From NCBI RefSeq assembly GCF_000300075.1, contig NC_018677.1:180001-212000 (forward strand): a stretch of 32,000 nt of DNA, given 5' to 3'. The position numbers and the translations under genes are program-made. Source of the DNA: Candidatus Saccharimonadota bacterium. GTDB lineage: Bacteria; Pseudomonadota; Gammaproteobacteria; Johnevansiales; Johnevansiaceae. Position 1 is the first letter of the stretch; every line of letters begins with the position of its first letter. Positions 19,088-27,973 of this stretch are shown here, piece by piece. The notes below the pieces were generated by a model that saw only the letters and a program-made list of their open reading frames with translations, was not told the origin of the DNA and made no database searches.

Positions 19088-20188
19088 TTAAACAATAACC
19101 TTATTTTTTTTTGTTATAGTATCGCGCAATTTAACCGCGGTTTTACGAAGTAAATTTTCTGTTTCTATCCAACTTAAGCATCCATCAGTTATTGACACTC
19201 CATATTGAAGATTGTTACTTAAAGGTTGTGAACCACTATTTATATTACTTTCTAACATAATTCCTATTAACGAAGTATTACCATAAAGTCGTTGTTCTAA
19301 GATATTATCTAATACCAATTCTTGATTTTCAGGATTTTTGCCACTATTTGAATGACTACAATCAACCATGATTTTAGAAGCAATACCTTTCCGTGCCATT
19401 AATTGACAATATAAATTTATATTATTTTTATAATAATTAGGTCCATTATTTCCACCTCTAAGTATTAAGTGTGTATTTAAATTACCTTTTGTTTTTATAA
19501 TAGAAATAAATCCTTTATCATTTATACCTATGTGATAATGTTTATTTACTGCTGTTTTTATTGCATCGATAGCTATTTCTATATTTCCATCTGTTCCATT
19601 TTTAAAACCAATTGGAAATGATAAACCACTTACCACTTCTCTATGAATTTGAGATTCTGTTGTTCTTGCTCCAATAGCACCCCAACTAATAAGATCTTCA
19701 AAAAATCCTGAAGTTATTGGATTTAATATTTCATTCGAAATAGGTAACCCAAGAAGATTTATATCACACATAAGTTTTCTAGAAATATAAATGCCATACT
19801 TAAGATCATTACTACCATCTAAAAATGGATCGTATAAGAATCCTTTCCAACCAATAGTAGTTCTAGGTTTTTCTATATATGTACGCATTACAAGTAACAA
19901 TTGATCATCTAACTCATTAGATAAAACTTTTAATTTCTTAGCATATTCTAATGCAGATGTTGTATCATGTATTGAGCAAGGACCTACTATCACTAATAAT
20001 CTTTTATCTTTACCATTTATTATATTATTTATTGCTTTTCTTTTAAATTTTATTATATTACTTATTACATTATTTATAGGAATAGTTTTACGTAATTCTA
20101 CTACGCTTTGTAGTTGTTTATAACTTTTTATTTTCTCATTTTTTTTTAACTTTGTATAATAACTTTCATAATATGAATTGTATTTCAT
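19088..20188 (-). CDS. aroG: 3-deoxy-7-phosphoheptulonate (DAHP) synthase, class I (366 aa).
   Basis: GPCSIHD, KPRTTIGWKGF and IMVDCSHSNS motifs. Which isozyme it is (F/G/H) cannot be resolved from sequence alone. Confidence 0.9.
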   Translation of the reverse strand: MKYNSYYESYYTKLKKNEKIKSYKQLQSVVELRKTIPINNVISNIIKFKRKAINNIINGKDKRLLVIVGPCSIHDTTSALEYAKKLKVLSNELDDQLLLVMRTYIEKPRTTIGWKGFLYDPFLDGSNDLKYGIYISRKLMCDINLLGLPISNEILNPITSGFFEDLISWGAIGARTTESQIHREVVSGLSFPIGFKNGTDGNIEIAIDAIKTAVNKHYHIGINDKGFISIIKTKGNLNTHLILRGGNNGPNYYKNNINLYCQLMARKGIASKIMVDCSHSNSGKNPENQELVLDNILEQRLYGNTSLIGIMLESNINSGSQPLSNNLQYGVSITDGCLSWIETENLLRKTAVKLRDTITKKNKVIV

Positions 20189-20204
20189 AACTTACATCCT
20201 TTTT

Positions 20205-21455
20205 TTATCTTCTTTTCATTGATTCAAAAAATTCTATATTATTTTTAGTAGTTTTCAATCTATCTATTAATAACTCTGTTGCCTCTACGTCCTCCATACT
20301 ATGTAATATTTTGCGTAAAATCCACATACGTTGTATTTCTTCTTCACTACATAATAAATCTTCTCTACGTGTACCTGAGCGTCTAATATTTATTGCAGGA
20401 AACACTCTTTTTTCAGCTAGTTTACGATCCAAATGTGCTTCCATATTACCTGTACCTTTAAATTCTTCAAAAATTATATCATCCATTTTTGATCCAGTAT
20501 CTATTAACGCTGATGCTAAAATAGTTACACTTCCACCTTCTTCTATATTACGTGCTACACCAAAAAATCTTTTTGGTTTTTCAAGAGCATTTGAATCTAC
20601 TCCCCCTGTTAAAATTTTTCCAGATGAAGGAACTACTGTGTTATAAGCTCTTGCTAATCTAGTAATAGAATCTAACATTATGACTACATCTTTTTTATGT
20701 TCAACCAATCTTTTTGCTTTTTCTATAACCATTTCAGCTACTTGTACATGTCTAGTAGGTGGTTCATCAAATGTCGAAGCAATAACTTCACCAATTACTG
20801 TTCTAGACATTTCTGTTACTTCTTCAGGACGTTCATCAATTAATAAAAAAATTAAATAACATTCTGGACTGTTACGTACTATTGAATTAGCTATATTTTG
20901 CATCATCATAGTTTTTCCAGCTTTTGGAGGTGAAACAATTAAACCTCTCTGCCCTTTCCCAATCGGTGCTACCAAATCTAAAATCCTTGCCGTTAAATCA
21001 TCAGTCGAACCATCCATTATTAATCTATAAGTTGGAAATAATGGCGTTAAATTTTCAAATAAAATTTTTTGTTTAACAGTTTCTATTCTATCAAAATTTA
21101 TTTTATTTACTTTTAATAAAGCAAAATATCTTTCACCATCCTTTGGTGGACGTATTTTCCCATAAATACTATCACCTTTACGTAAATTAAACCGTCTAAT
21201 TTGTGATGGAGACACATATATATCAGAAGGACCTGGTTGGTACGAACTATCAGAGCTTCTTAAAAAACCAAACCCTTCTTGTAAAACATCTAAAACTCCT
21301 TCTCCATATATATCTTCTCCGCCTTTAGCTTGTTTTTTTAGAATCGCAAAAATAATATCTTGTTTTTTAGAACGTAATATATTTTCGACATTCATAGAAC
21401 TTGCTATTTTTAACAATTCATGTACATTTTGTTTTTTTAGTTCATTTAAATTCAT
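20205..21455 (-). CDS. rho: Transcription termination factor Rho (416 aa).
   Basis: [19 protein letters not shown]-terminus, cold-shock-like RNA-binding region, and Walker [15 protein letters not shown]. Confidence 0.96.
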   Translation of the reverse strand: MNLNELKKQNVHELLKIASSMNVENILRSKKQDIIFAILKKQAKGGEDIYGEGVLDVLQEGFGFLRSSDSSYQPGPSDIYVSPSQIRRFNLRKGDSIYGKIRPPKDGERYFALLKVNKINFDRIETVKQKILFENLTPLFPTYRLIMDGSTDDLTARILDLVAPIGKGQRGLIVSPPKAGKTMMMQNIANSIVRNSPECYLIFLLIDERPEEVTEMSRTVIGEVIASTFDEPPTRHVQVAEMVIEKAKRLVEHKKDVVIMLDSITRLARAYNTVVPSSGKILTGGVDSNALEKPKRFFGVARNIEEGGSVTILASALIDTGSKMDDIIFEEFKGTGNMEAHLDRKLAEKRVFPAINIRRSGTRREDLLCSEEEIQRMWILRKILHSMEDVEATELLIDRLKTTKNNIEFFESMKRR

Positions 21456-21485
21456 ATTTTATGTTTGTAAAAATAATTTGTATTA

Positions 21486-22736
21486 TTATTTAAAAGGATA
21501 TTTTATTTTTATTTTAGCACTCCAATGATCAGAAACTAACGAAAAAGTTGTATTTAATGCAGCTACTGGTTTATCGTTATAATAAACAATTATAAACGTT
21601 TTACGTTCCCAAGGTGGAATTGATAATTTTTGTAATAAACTTTTTATCCTTTTTATTTTACCATATCGTATTATTTTTTCTCCTCCTTTTATTTTGAAAT
21701 ATTTGATATTTATTTTATTTATTTTATTAACACAACCTAAATCCCAACTTAAAAATATATTTTCAGGCTTGTTTTTATAATTATTTGTAAAATATAAACT
21801 TCCCTTCCAAATTCTAGCTGTAATTGTTTTAAATCTCACTAATATTGAACAAGAATAATTTGCAGTTATTATTTGATTGATTAATTCAGTTATTTTCTTA
21901 TTTGATGTATTGTTATTGCCTATACTATTTAAACAAAAATTAATTAACAATCTTAATTTATAATAAGAAAGTTTTATTAACGTTTTAATATATATTTTTT
22001 TTGAATTATAACCAATAACTTTAAATACTTCTTTTGAAAATTCATTTAATAAATAATTTGCTTCTTTACATTTTTCAATACATTTATTAAGAGACAGAGA
22101 ATAATCAGGCCACCTGTTTTTTATTTTGGGTATTATATGATGTCTTAAATAATTACGATCAAAATTAAGATTAAAATTTGATTTATCTTCAAACCAATTA
22201 AGCATTAACTGTTTTATATAATTATTTATTGTGTTACGTGATATATGTAAAAAAGGTCTAAGTAAACATCCACTACCCAATTTGCGTTTAAACGGAATGC
22301 TTGATAAACCATTAATTCCACAACCTTTAACTGTTTTTAAAATCAAATTTTCGATTTTATCATTTTTGTTGTGTGCTATAAAAACAACATCATTTTTATT
22401 TAAAAAATAAGTAAACCAAAAATATCTAAAGTTCCGTGCTGATAATTCTTTATTCAAAATATATTTTTTTTGTCTTTTAATAATTAAAGGTATTTTTAAA
22501 TTTTTACAACTTTTTATGCAAAACTTTTCACAGTTGTCAGAGTATTTATTCAAATAATGATTTAAATGAATAGCATATAATTTCTGGATTAACTTGTTAT
22601 GTTTTCTTTGTTTTAATGATTTATATGTTAAATCCAATAAACATAAACTATCTCTACCTCCAGATAAAGCTATCCATATTTTTTTTCTATTTAAAGACTT
22701 GACTATTGAGTATAAATATCTTTTAGATAACTTCAT
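21486..22736 (-). CDS. tilS: tRNA(Ile)-lysidine synthase (416 aa).
   Basis: PP-loop ALSGGRDSLCLL. It lies downstream of dnaE, as in E. coli (dnaE-accA-...-tilS). Confidence 0.85.
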   Translation of the reverse strand: MKLSKRYLYSIVKSLNRKKIWIALSGGRDSLCLLDLTYKSLKQRKHNKLIQKLYAIHLNHYLNKYSDNCEKFCIKSCKNLKIPLIIKRQKKYILNKELSARNFRYFWFTYFLNKNDVVFIAHNKNDKIENLILKTVKGCGINGLSSIPFKRKLGSGCLLRPFLHISRNTINNYIKQLMLNWFEDKSNFNLNFDRNYLRHHIIPKIKNRWPDYSLSLNKCIEKCKEANYLLNEFSKEVFKVIGYNSKKIYIKTLIKLSYYKLRLLINFCLNSIGNNNTSNKKITELINQIITANYSCSILVRFKTITARIWKGSLYFTNNYKNKPENIFLSWDLGCVNKINKINIKYFKIKGGEKIIRYGKIKRIKSLLQKLSIPPWERKTFIIVYYNDKPVAALNTTFSLVSDHWSAKIKIKYPFK

Positions 22737-22770
22737 ACAAAATGTAATTTAAGATTTTAATCTGTTTTAA

Positions 22771-25578
22771 CTAAGAATTAAAAAAAGATATATAAAATCC
22801 TAAAGTAGTAATTTCGCCAATTAAAAGAGCTATCTGTTTATTTTGTTTAACATATTCATAAAGTTTATAGTCAGTATAAATAAATAATTTATTAATACCT
22901 ATTATTCTAGTATATTTATTTTGATAAGTAATTCTTATTGCAGTATTTATCGTATATAACATATTTTTTCTATATGGACTAATATTATCTAAACAGCCAG
23001 AAAATAGTAAAGCAGAGAAAATACGTTTATTTAAATTTAGTACCGGTATGCGGTTATAAAAATCAAATAAATTAAAAAAAAGACCATTTTTTTTTCTATT
23101 ACCAATTAAGTTGTATATTAAGTCTTTACCTACTCCTTTAATAGCACCTAATCCATAAACAATGTTTTTTTGTATATTTACACTAAAGTTATAAATACTT
23201 ATATTTATATTTGGAGGTATAACAATTAAATTTATTCTTTTACATTCAGATATATTTTGCATAATTTTCTCTATGTTATATATTTCTGTAGATAACACAG
23301 ATGCCATATATTGACTTGGATAATTACTTTTTAGCCATATTGTTTTGTATGAAATCAATCCATAAGCAGTTGAATGTGATTTATTAAAACTATAACCTGC
23401 AAATTTTTTTATAACTTCAAACTTTTTCAGTGCTGTATATCTTTTTAATTTATTTATTACACAATCTTTAACAAAAATTTTACGATATTTTTTTATATTG
23501 TTCTTTTTTTGTATAGCACGACGAAACAAGTCTGCTCTTCCTAGACTACAACCTGTTAATTTATTAGTAATTCTCATTACTTGTTCTTGATATAAAATTA
23601 GTCCATAAGTTGAACGTAATATAGGTTTTATTGATTCATCAAAATAAGAACAATTTGTGTATTCCCCATTTTTTCTTTTGATAAATTCATCTACAATACC
23701 AGACTTAATAGGTCCTGGTCTAAATAGAGAAAGTAAAGCAATTATATCGGTTATATTGTTTGGTTTAATTTTTTTTATTAATTCTTTCATACCTTGTGAT
23801 TCTAATTGAAAAGTTGAACATGTTTCAGCTTTGTTAAGTAAAGAAAAAGATTTAAAATCATTCAAAGGGATGTTATAAATTTCTCTTGTTGGTTTTTTTG
23901 AATTATTTATAAAATATAAAGATAAATAAATTACTGTTAATGTTCTTAAGCCTAAAAAATCAAATTTAATTAAACCTAAATATTTAACATCATTTTTATC
24001 TACTTGTATTATATTTTTTTCTTCATCATCACATATTAAAGGATAATAATTTATTATTTTTTTAGGAGCAATTATTATTCCTCCAGCGTGTCTTCCTATT
24101 CCTTTTATTATACCTTCTAATTTTAAAGATGATGTCCAAATTCTCTTAGCTTCTTTATTATTTTCTATTAACTTTCGTATTTCTAATATTTTATTAAATG
24201 CTCTCTTTAAACTTATACCTAAATCAACCGGTATTAATTTTGATATTTTTTCACCTAACCATAAAGGTTTCCCTTTTACTCTAGTAACATCTCTTATTAT
24301 AGATTTAGCTGACATTGCACTATAAGTAACAAGGTGTGCAACCAATTTTTTACCATAAAAGTTTGTGACATAGTCTATTACTTTATCACGTTTTTTCATA
24401 CAAAAATCCACATCAAAATCAGGCATCATAATTCTTTCCGGATTAAGAAATCTTTCAAATAAAAGATCGTATTTTATTGGATCAACATCTGTTATTTCTA
24501 ATGCATAAGCCACCAAAGAACCAGCTCCTGAACCTCGTCCAGGACCAACCGGTATACTTGTATTTTTTGCCCATTTTATAAAATTCATTACGATAAAAAA
24601 ATAATCACAAAAACCCATACTAACAATTATGGTAAGCTCTTCATATAATCTAATTTTGTATTTAATGACTTTTTTCATTTTAAATATATTTGTTGTTATT
24701 AAACGATGATTTAATCTTTTATTTGATAATAATACAAAATACTTGCTTATATTAACACTGTTAGATAAATAACTTATTGGAAAATAAACAGTATTTTTTT
24801 TTAATGTTATATTACAACGAATTGCAATCATTATGCTATTTTCAATAGCTTCTGGAATGTCTTTAAATAAAACAATCATGGCAATAGGGTTTTTAAAATA
24901 TTGTTCTTTATTATAAAACATTTTTTGATTTGCCTTTTTTATTAAATTGTCTTCATGTATCAAAACTCTTGTTTTATGTATATCATAAGCTAGTTTTTGT
25001 ACAAACATTACATCATTTGTGGCAACAATAGCTGTTTTACTGTTATTAGCTACATATATTGATTTTGCTAGTAAATATTCTTCCTTTTGTAAACATATTC
25101 TTTGTATTTCTAAATATAACCTACCTTTAAACTGCTTAATTAATTTATTTATCAATAATATAGCTTTCTTTATATTGTTTGAAATCAAAAAAAAACCTAT
25201 TTTACCTTTGTTAATTCCTGACATAATAATTAACCCTTTTGAAAATTTCAATATATATTGTTTTTGTAATAAACTTTTACATGATAAAGTAATTAATTTA
25301 AATATATTAAAATAGCCTGTAGAATTCATAGCTATAAATGTTAAAATATAAATTTTGTGTTTATAATTTATTTGTAACTCACAACCGAGGAGTGGTTTAA
25401 TACCACTTATTATAGATGTATTATAATATTTTATAAAGCTATATACATTATTATCATCAGTTACACAACTAGCAGGTATTCTAAGTTTTATTATTTTATT
25501 CATTAACGATTTAATTTTGATTATGCTATTTGTTAAAGAAAACTCAGTGTGTATTCGTAAATGAATGAACGTTTTCAT
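22771..25578 (-). CDS. dnaE: DNA polymerase III alpha subunit, C-terminally short (935 aa).
   Basis: PHP N-terminus HLRIHTEFSL, GPGRGSGAGSLVAYAL, catalytic PDFDVDF, and FNKSHSTAYGLISY. The protein ends about 205 aa after FNKSH, against roughly 400 aa in the 1160 aa E. coli enzyme (figure from memory). Confidence 0.93.
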   Translation of the reverse strand: MKTFIHLRIHTEFSLTNSIIKIKSLMNKIIKLRIPASCVTDDNNVYSFIKYYNTSIISGIKPLLGCELQINYKHKIYILTFIAMNSTGYFNIFKLITLSCKSLLQKQYILKFSKGLIIMSGINKGKIGFFLISNNIKKAILLINKLIKQFKGRLYLEIQRICLQKEEYLLAKSIYVANNSKTAIVATNDVMFVQKLAYDIHKTRVLIHEDNLIKKANQKMFYNKEQYFKNPIAMIVLFKDIPEAIENSIMIAIRCNITLKKNTVYFPISYLSNSVNISKYFVLLSNKRLNHRLITTNIFKMKKVIKYKIRLYEELTIIVSMGFCDYFFIVMNFIKWAKNTSIPVGPGRGSGAGSLVAYALEITDVDPIKYDLLFERFLNPERIMMPDFDVDFCMKKRDKVIDYVTNFYGKKLVAHLVTYSAMSAKSIIRDVTRVKGKPLWLGEKISKLIPVDLGISLKRAFNKILEIRKLIENNKEAKRIWTSSLKLEGIIKGIGRHAGGIIIAPKKIINYYPLICDDEEKNIIQVDKNDVKYLGLIKFDFLGLRTLTVIYLSLYFINNSKKPTREIYNIPLNDFKSFSLLNKAETCSTFQLESQGMKELIKKIKPNNITDIIALLSLFRPGPIKSGIVDEFIKRKNGEYTNCSYFDESIKPILRSTYGLILYQEQVMRITNKLTGCSLGRADLFRRAIQKKNNIKKYRKIFVKDCVINKLKRYTALKKFEVIKKFAGYSFNKSHSTAYGLISYKTIWLKSNYPSQYMASVLSTEIYNIEKIMQNISECKRINLIVIPPNINISIYNFSVNIQKNIVYGLGAIKGVGKDLIYNLIGNRKKNGLFFNLFDFYNRIPVLNLNKRIFSALLFSGCLDNISPYRKNMLYTINTAIRITYQNKYTRIIGINKLFIYTDYKLYEYVKQNKQIALLIGEITTLGFYISFFNS

Positions 25579-26155
25579 AATCTTTTTTCTAATAATTAGT
25601 AACTCTTTTATACTTTTATCATTGTTCTATAATACATAAGTATTAATGTAATAGTCCTTATAACTAGGTTTTAGATATCTTCATCTAAATTTTCTAATTA
25701 ATCTGTTTATTTTGTACTATTTCGCCGGCAACGTGGATTATATAACGTAATCATTCTTACGTTTGTTATCTTCTCTTTCTTTTGAATACGTTTTTTATGT
25801 ATTCTGTTACGTGTTAGCTAGTTACAGCTTATTGTATATTTCGTTTTCTTTTTTTTGTTTTATGCCTTTGTTCTTTGTTAACTGTTAGTTGTTTCTTTTT
25901 TTTTAATTTTTATACAGTTTGTGTTTTCTGTATGTTGTTAGTGTTTGCTTTATATCACTCTTTTTTTTTTGCTTTTCTTTTTTTTTAATATTATTTTACT
26001 TTAAAGTTGTTTTTTCTTTTGTTTATGCTTTTTTTTATTCTGCTATATTTTTTATAGTTTCTGTTGTGTTTATGTTTTCTATTCTTTTTTACAATATTAG
26101 ACGTTAATGGTATTTGTTTTATGTTTTTAACTTTTTTTTTATCTGTTATTTTTTG

Positions 26156-26300
26156 TGTTGTTTTTAGAACTTTGTTGTTTATGGTTACTTTTTTGATGCT
26201 GTTTTTAGAACTTTGTTGTTTATGGTTACTTTTTTGATGCTGTTTTTAGAACTTTGTTGTTTATGGTTACTTTTTTGATGCTGTTTTTTGAATTTTGTTA
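26156..26300. repeat. 41 bp tandem repeat, three near-identical copies plus a degenerate fourth.
   Basis: The unit TGCTGTTTTTAGAACTTTGTTGTTTATGGTTACTTTTTTGA starts at 26156 (as tgttg), 26197 and 26238. A partial unit starts at 26279. Confidence 0.93.
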
Positions 26301-26313
26301 TTTCTTTTTATTT

Positions 26314-26384
26314 ATGTTAGTTGTTAGTTGTTATTTGTTCTTATGTATGATTTTTTTTGTTAGCTGTTAGCTGTTAGCTGTTAG
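26314..26384. repeat. Heptamer tracts: ATGTTAG (TTGTTAG) TTGTTAT..., then TTGTTAG (CTGTTAG)3.
   Basis: Parsed by hand at 26314-26341 and 26357-26384. Confidence 0.9.
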
Positions 26385-26810
26385 AGGATTTTATTGTTGC
26401 TTTATATCTGTTTTAAAGATAAAAGCTGTTAGTTATTAGAGGTTGTTTTTTAGATGTTATTTATTTGAGGTTGCTTTTAAGAGTTTTTTAGATGTTGTTT
26501 TATGTTTTTTTTGCTTTCTTTTTAGAAATGATGTTTTTCTTTTAATTTAGCGGTTATATTTTTTCTTTTATTTTATTGTTTTGTTGATTGTTAGAGTAAA
26601 TTTGTTGCTATATTAGGTTAGATGTTATATATATATGTTTAACCAGTTAGAGTTTATATATTTATTTATTTAAGGTTAGAGGTTATGTTTTGTTTGAGGA
26701 TGTTATTTATAAAATTAAGTTATATGTTGTGTTTGATATGAAGTAATTGCGTTATAAGTTATGTAAACTAGAGTGTTGTTTGGTAAATGGTTAATAAATG
26801 TTTTGTTTGT

Positions 26811-26858
26811 TTGATGTTAGAGGTTGTAGTTTATCTGTTGATGTTAGAGGTTGTAGTT
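26811..26858. repeat. 27 bp-period direct duplication: TTGATGTTAGAGGTTGTAGTT x2.
   Basis: Identical 21-mers at 26811-26831 and 26838-26858. Confidence 0.92.
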
Positions 26859-26870
26859 AAGGTGTGGTTA

Positions 26871-27060
26871 ATAGTTAGATGTTAGATAGTTGTTAGTTGT
26901 TAGTTAATAGTTGTTAGTTGTTAGTTGTTAGTTGTAGGTTGTAGGTTGTAGGTTAGAGGTTAGAGGTTTGTTAAAGGTTAGAGGTTAGAGGTTAGAGTTG
27001 TTAGGTTTGAGGTTTGAGGTTTGAGGTTTGATATTAGATGTAAGATGTAAGATGTAATTT
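26871..27060. repeat. Compound in-phase heptamer satellite: GTTAGAT, (GTTGTTA)n, (GTTGTAG)3, (GTTAGAG)2, 11 nt GTTTGTTAAAG, (GTTAGAG)3, TTGTTAG, (GTTTGAG)3, GTTTGAT, ATTAGAT, (GTAAGAT)2, GTAATTT.
   Basis: Hand parsing shows 5 in-phase heptamers at 26931-26965 and 12 in-phase heptamers at 26977-27060, despite changes of motif. Confidence 0.93.
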
Positions 27061-27165
27061 GTTAGAGGTAGAAAAAAAAGAAGAAATGGTTAAAGTTAGT
27101 AAAAAAAAAGAAGTGGGTGTTATATTAATGTGTTTATATGTTATGTAAAAAAAAAGAATATAAAA

Positions 27166-27960
27166 CTAGTTAAATTCAAACCTATAAAAATAAAGTATGT
27201 TAGTATGAAGTGATAAAAGAGTTGAAACGGTAAGTGTTTTATCTCTTATAAAAAGTTGGTTAACTAAACTAGTTTCAGTAAAATATTTTTGTAATTTGTT
27301 TTTTATTATTTTATTTACTATGGTTAATGGGGTGTTGTTTGTTATAGATATGATATATGATAATTCTTTCTTTATAACGTTATTGGTAATATCTTTAATG
27401 TAAATGAAATATGGATTTGTAGCTATAATTTGCATTGCAATATCTTTTGCAACTTGTAAATCACAATTATTAATAATTACTAAAGAACCTATACGATTTT
27501 TGTGAGTGTAATAAGCAATAGTATTGTTAGTATATCTTTGTATGTTAATTAATAGTATATTACGCAATATAACATTTTCTTTTAGTTTGTTTATTAACAC
27601 GGTTAAATCAATGTCTAATCTATTATGAAAAAGATTTTTAATAGTTGTTTGTTTTGTATATAAAACTTTATTAGCAACTTTGTTTACAAATCGTTTAAAA
27701 GTAATATCATTAGATACAAAATCTGTTTCACAATTAATTTGTACCAATAAAACCATTTTTCTTGAAACTTTAATTGTTATTCTTCCTTCATTTTGAAATA
27801 CGTTTCTTGATTTTAATTTATGTGCAGTAAGTAAATAATTTATAGCTAACTCTATATTTCCTTTATATTTATTAAGTGCTTTTTTACATGTTAGTACACC
27901 AAGACCAGTACTTCTTCGTATTTTTTTTATTAATGTGATATTGTCCATGAAATTTACCAT
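27166..27960 (-). CDS. tsf: Elongation factor Ts (264 aa). The true start may be the second Met, 4 codons in.
   Basis: N-terminal UBA-like IKKIRRSTGLGVLTCKKAL. It is immediately downstream of rpsB. Confidence 0.9.
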   Translation of the reverse strand: MVNFMDNITLIKKIRRSTGLGVLTCKKALNKYKGNIELAINYLLTAHKLKSRNVFQNEGRITIKVSRKMVLLVQINCETDFVSNDITFKRFVNKVANKVLYTKQTTIKNLFHNRLDIDLTVLINKLKENVILRNILLINIQRYTNNTIAYYTHKNRIGSLVIINNCDLQVAKDIAMQIIATNPYFIYIKDITNNVIKKELSYIISITNNTPLTIVNKIIKNKLQKYFTETSLVNQLFIRDKTLTVSTLLSLHTNILYFYRFEFN

Positions 27961-27973
27961 CGTATAAAAATAA

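Larger units (their letters stand above)
25579..27165. other. Long ORF-free spacer 3 (dnaE start to tsf end). The + strand is T/G-rich and C-depleted, and the spacer is dense in repeats.
   Basis: nt 26941-27000 contain 24 G and 0 C by hand count. The only ORF is a low-complexity F/V/S/L one. Confidence 0.85.

Noticed and set aside
25700-25770. A locally GC-rich patch (tttcgccggcaacgtgg) and the small palindrome ACGTAA-N6-TTACGT upstream of dnaE, considered as a possible regulatory site or RNA gene.
   Set aside because: It is too short and isolated. It has no tRNA-like or sRNA-like fold that I can build and no flanking terminator. It may be a relic of lost coding sequence, but I cannot support any call.
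25919-26107. ORF 25919-26107 in spacer 3.
   Set aside because: This is the same composition artefact (an F/S/V/L-rich string spanning poly-T runs).
26952-26997. Telomere-like TTAGG/TTAGGG repeats (GGTTAGA arrays), which could suggest host insect DNA or linear chromosome ends.
   Set aside because: The unit is a 7-mer (GTTAGAG), not TTAGG. It is one of many interchanging heptamer variants. It is embedded between bacterial genes (dnaE and tsf) in conserved bacterial synteny.
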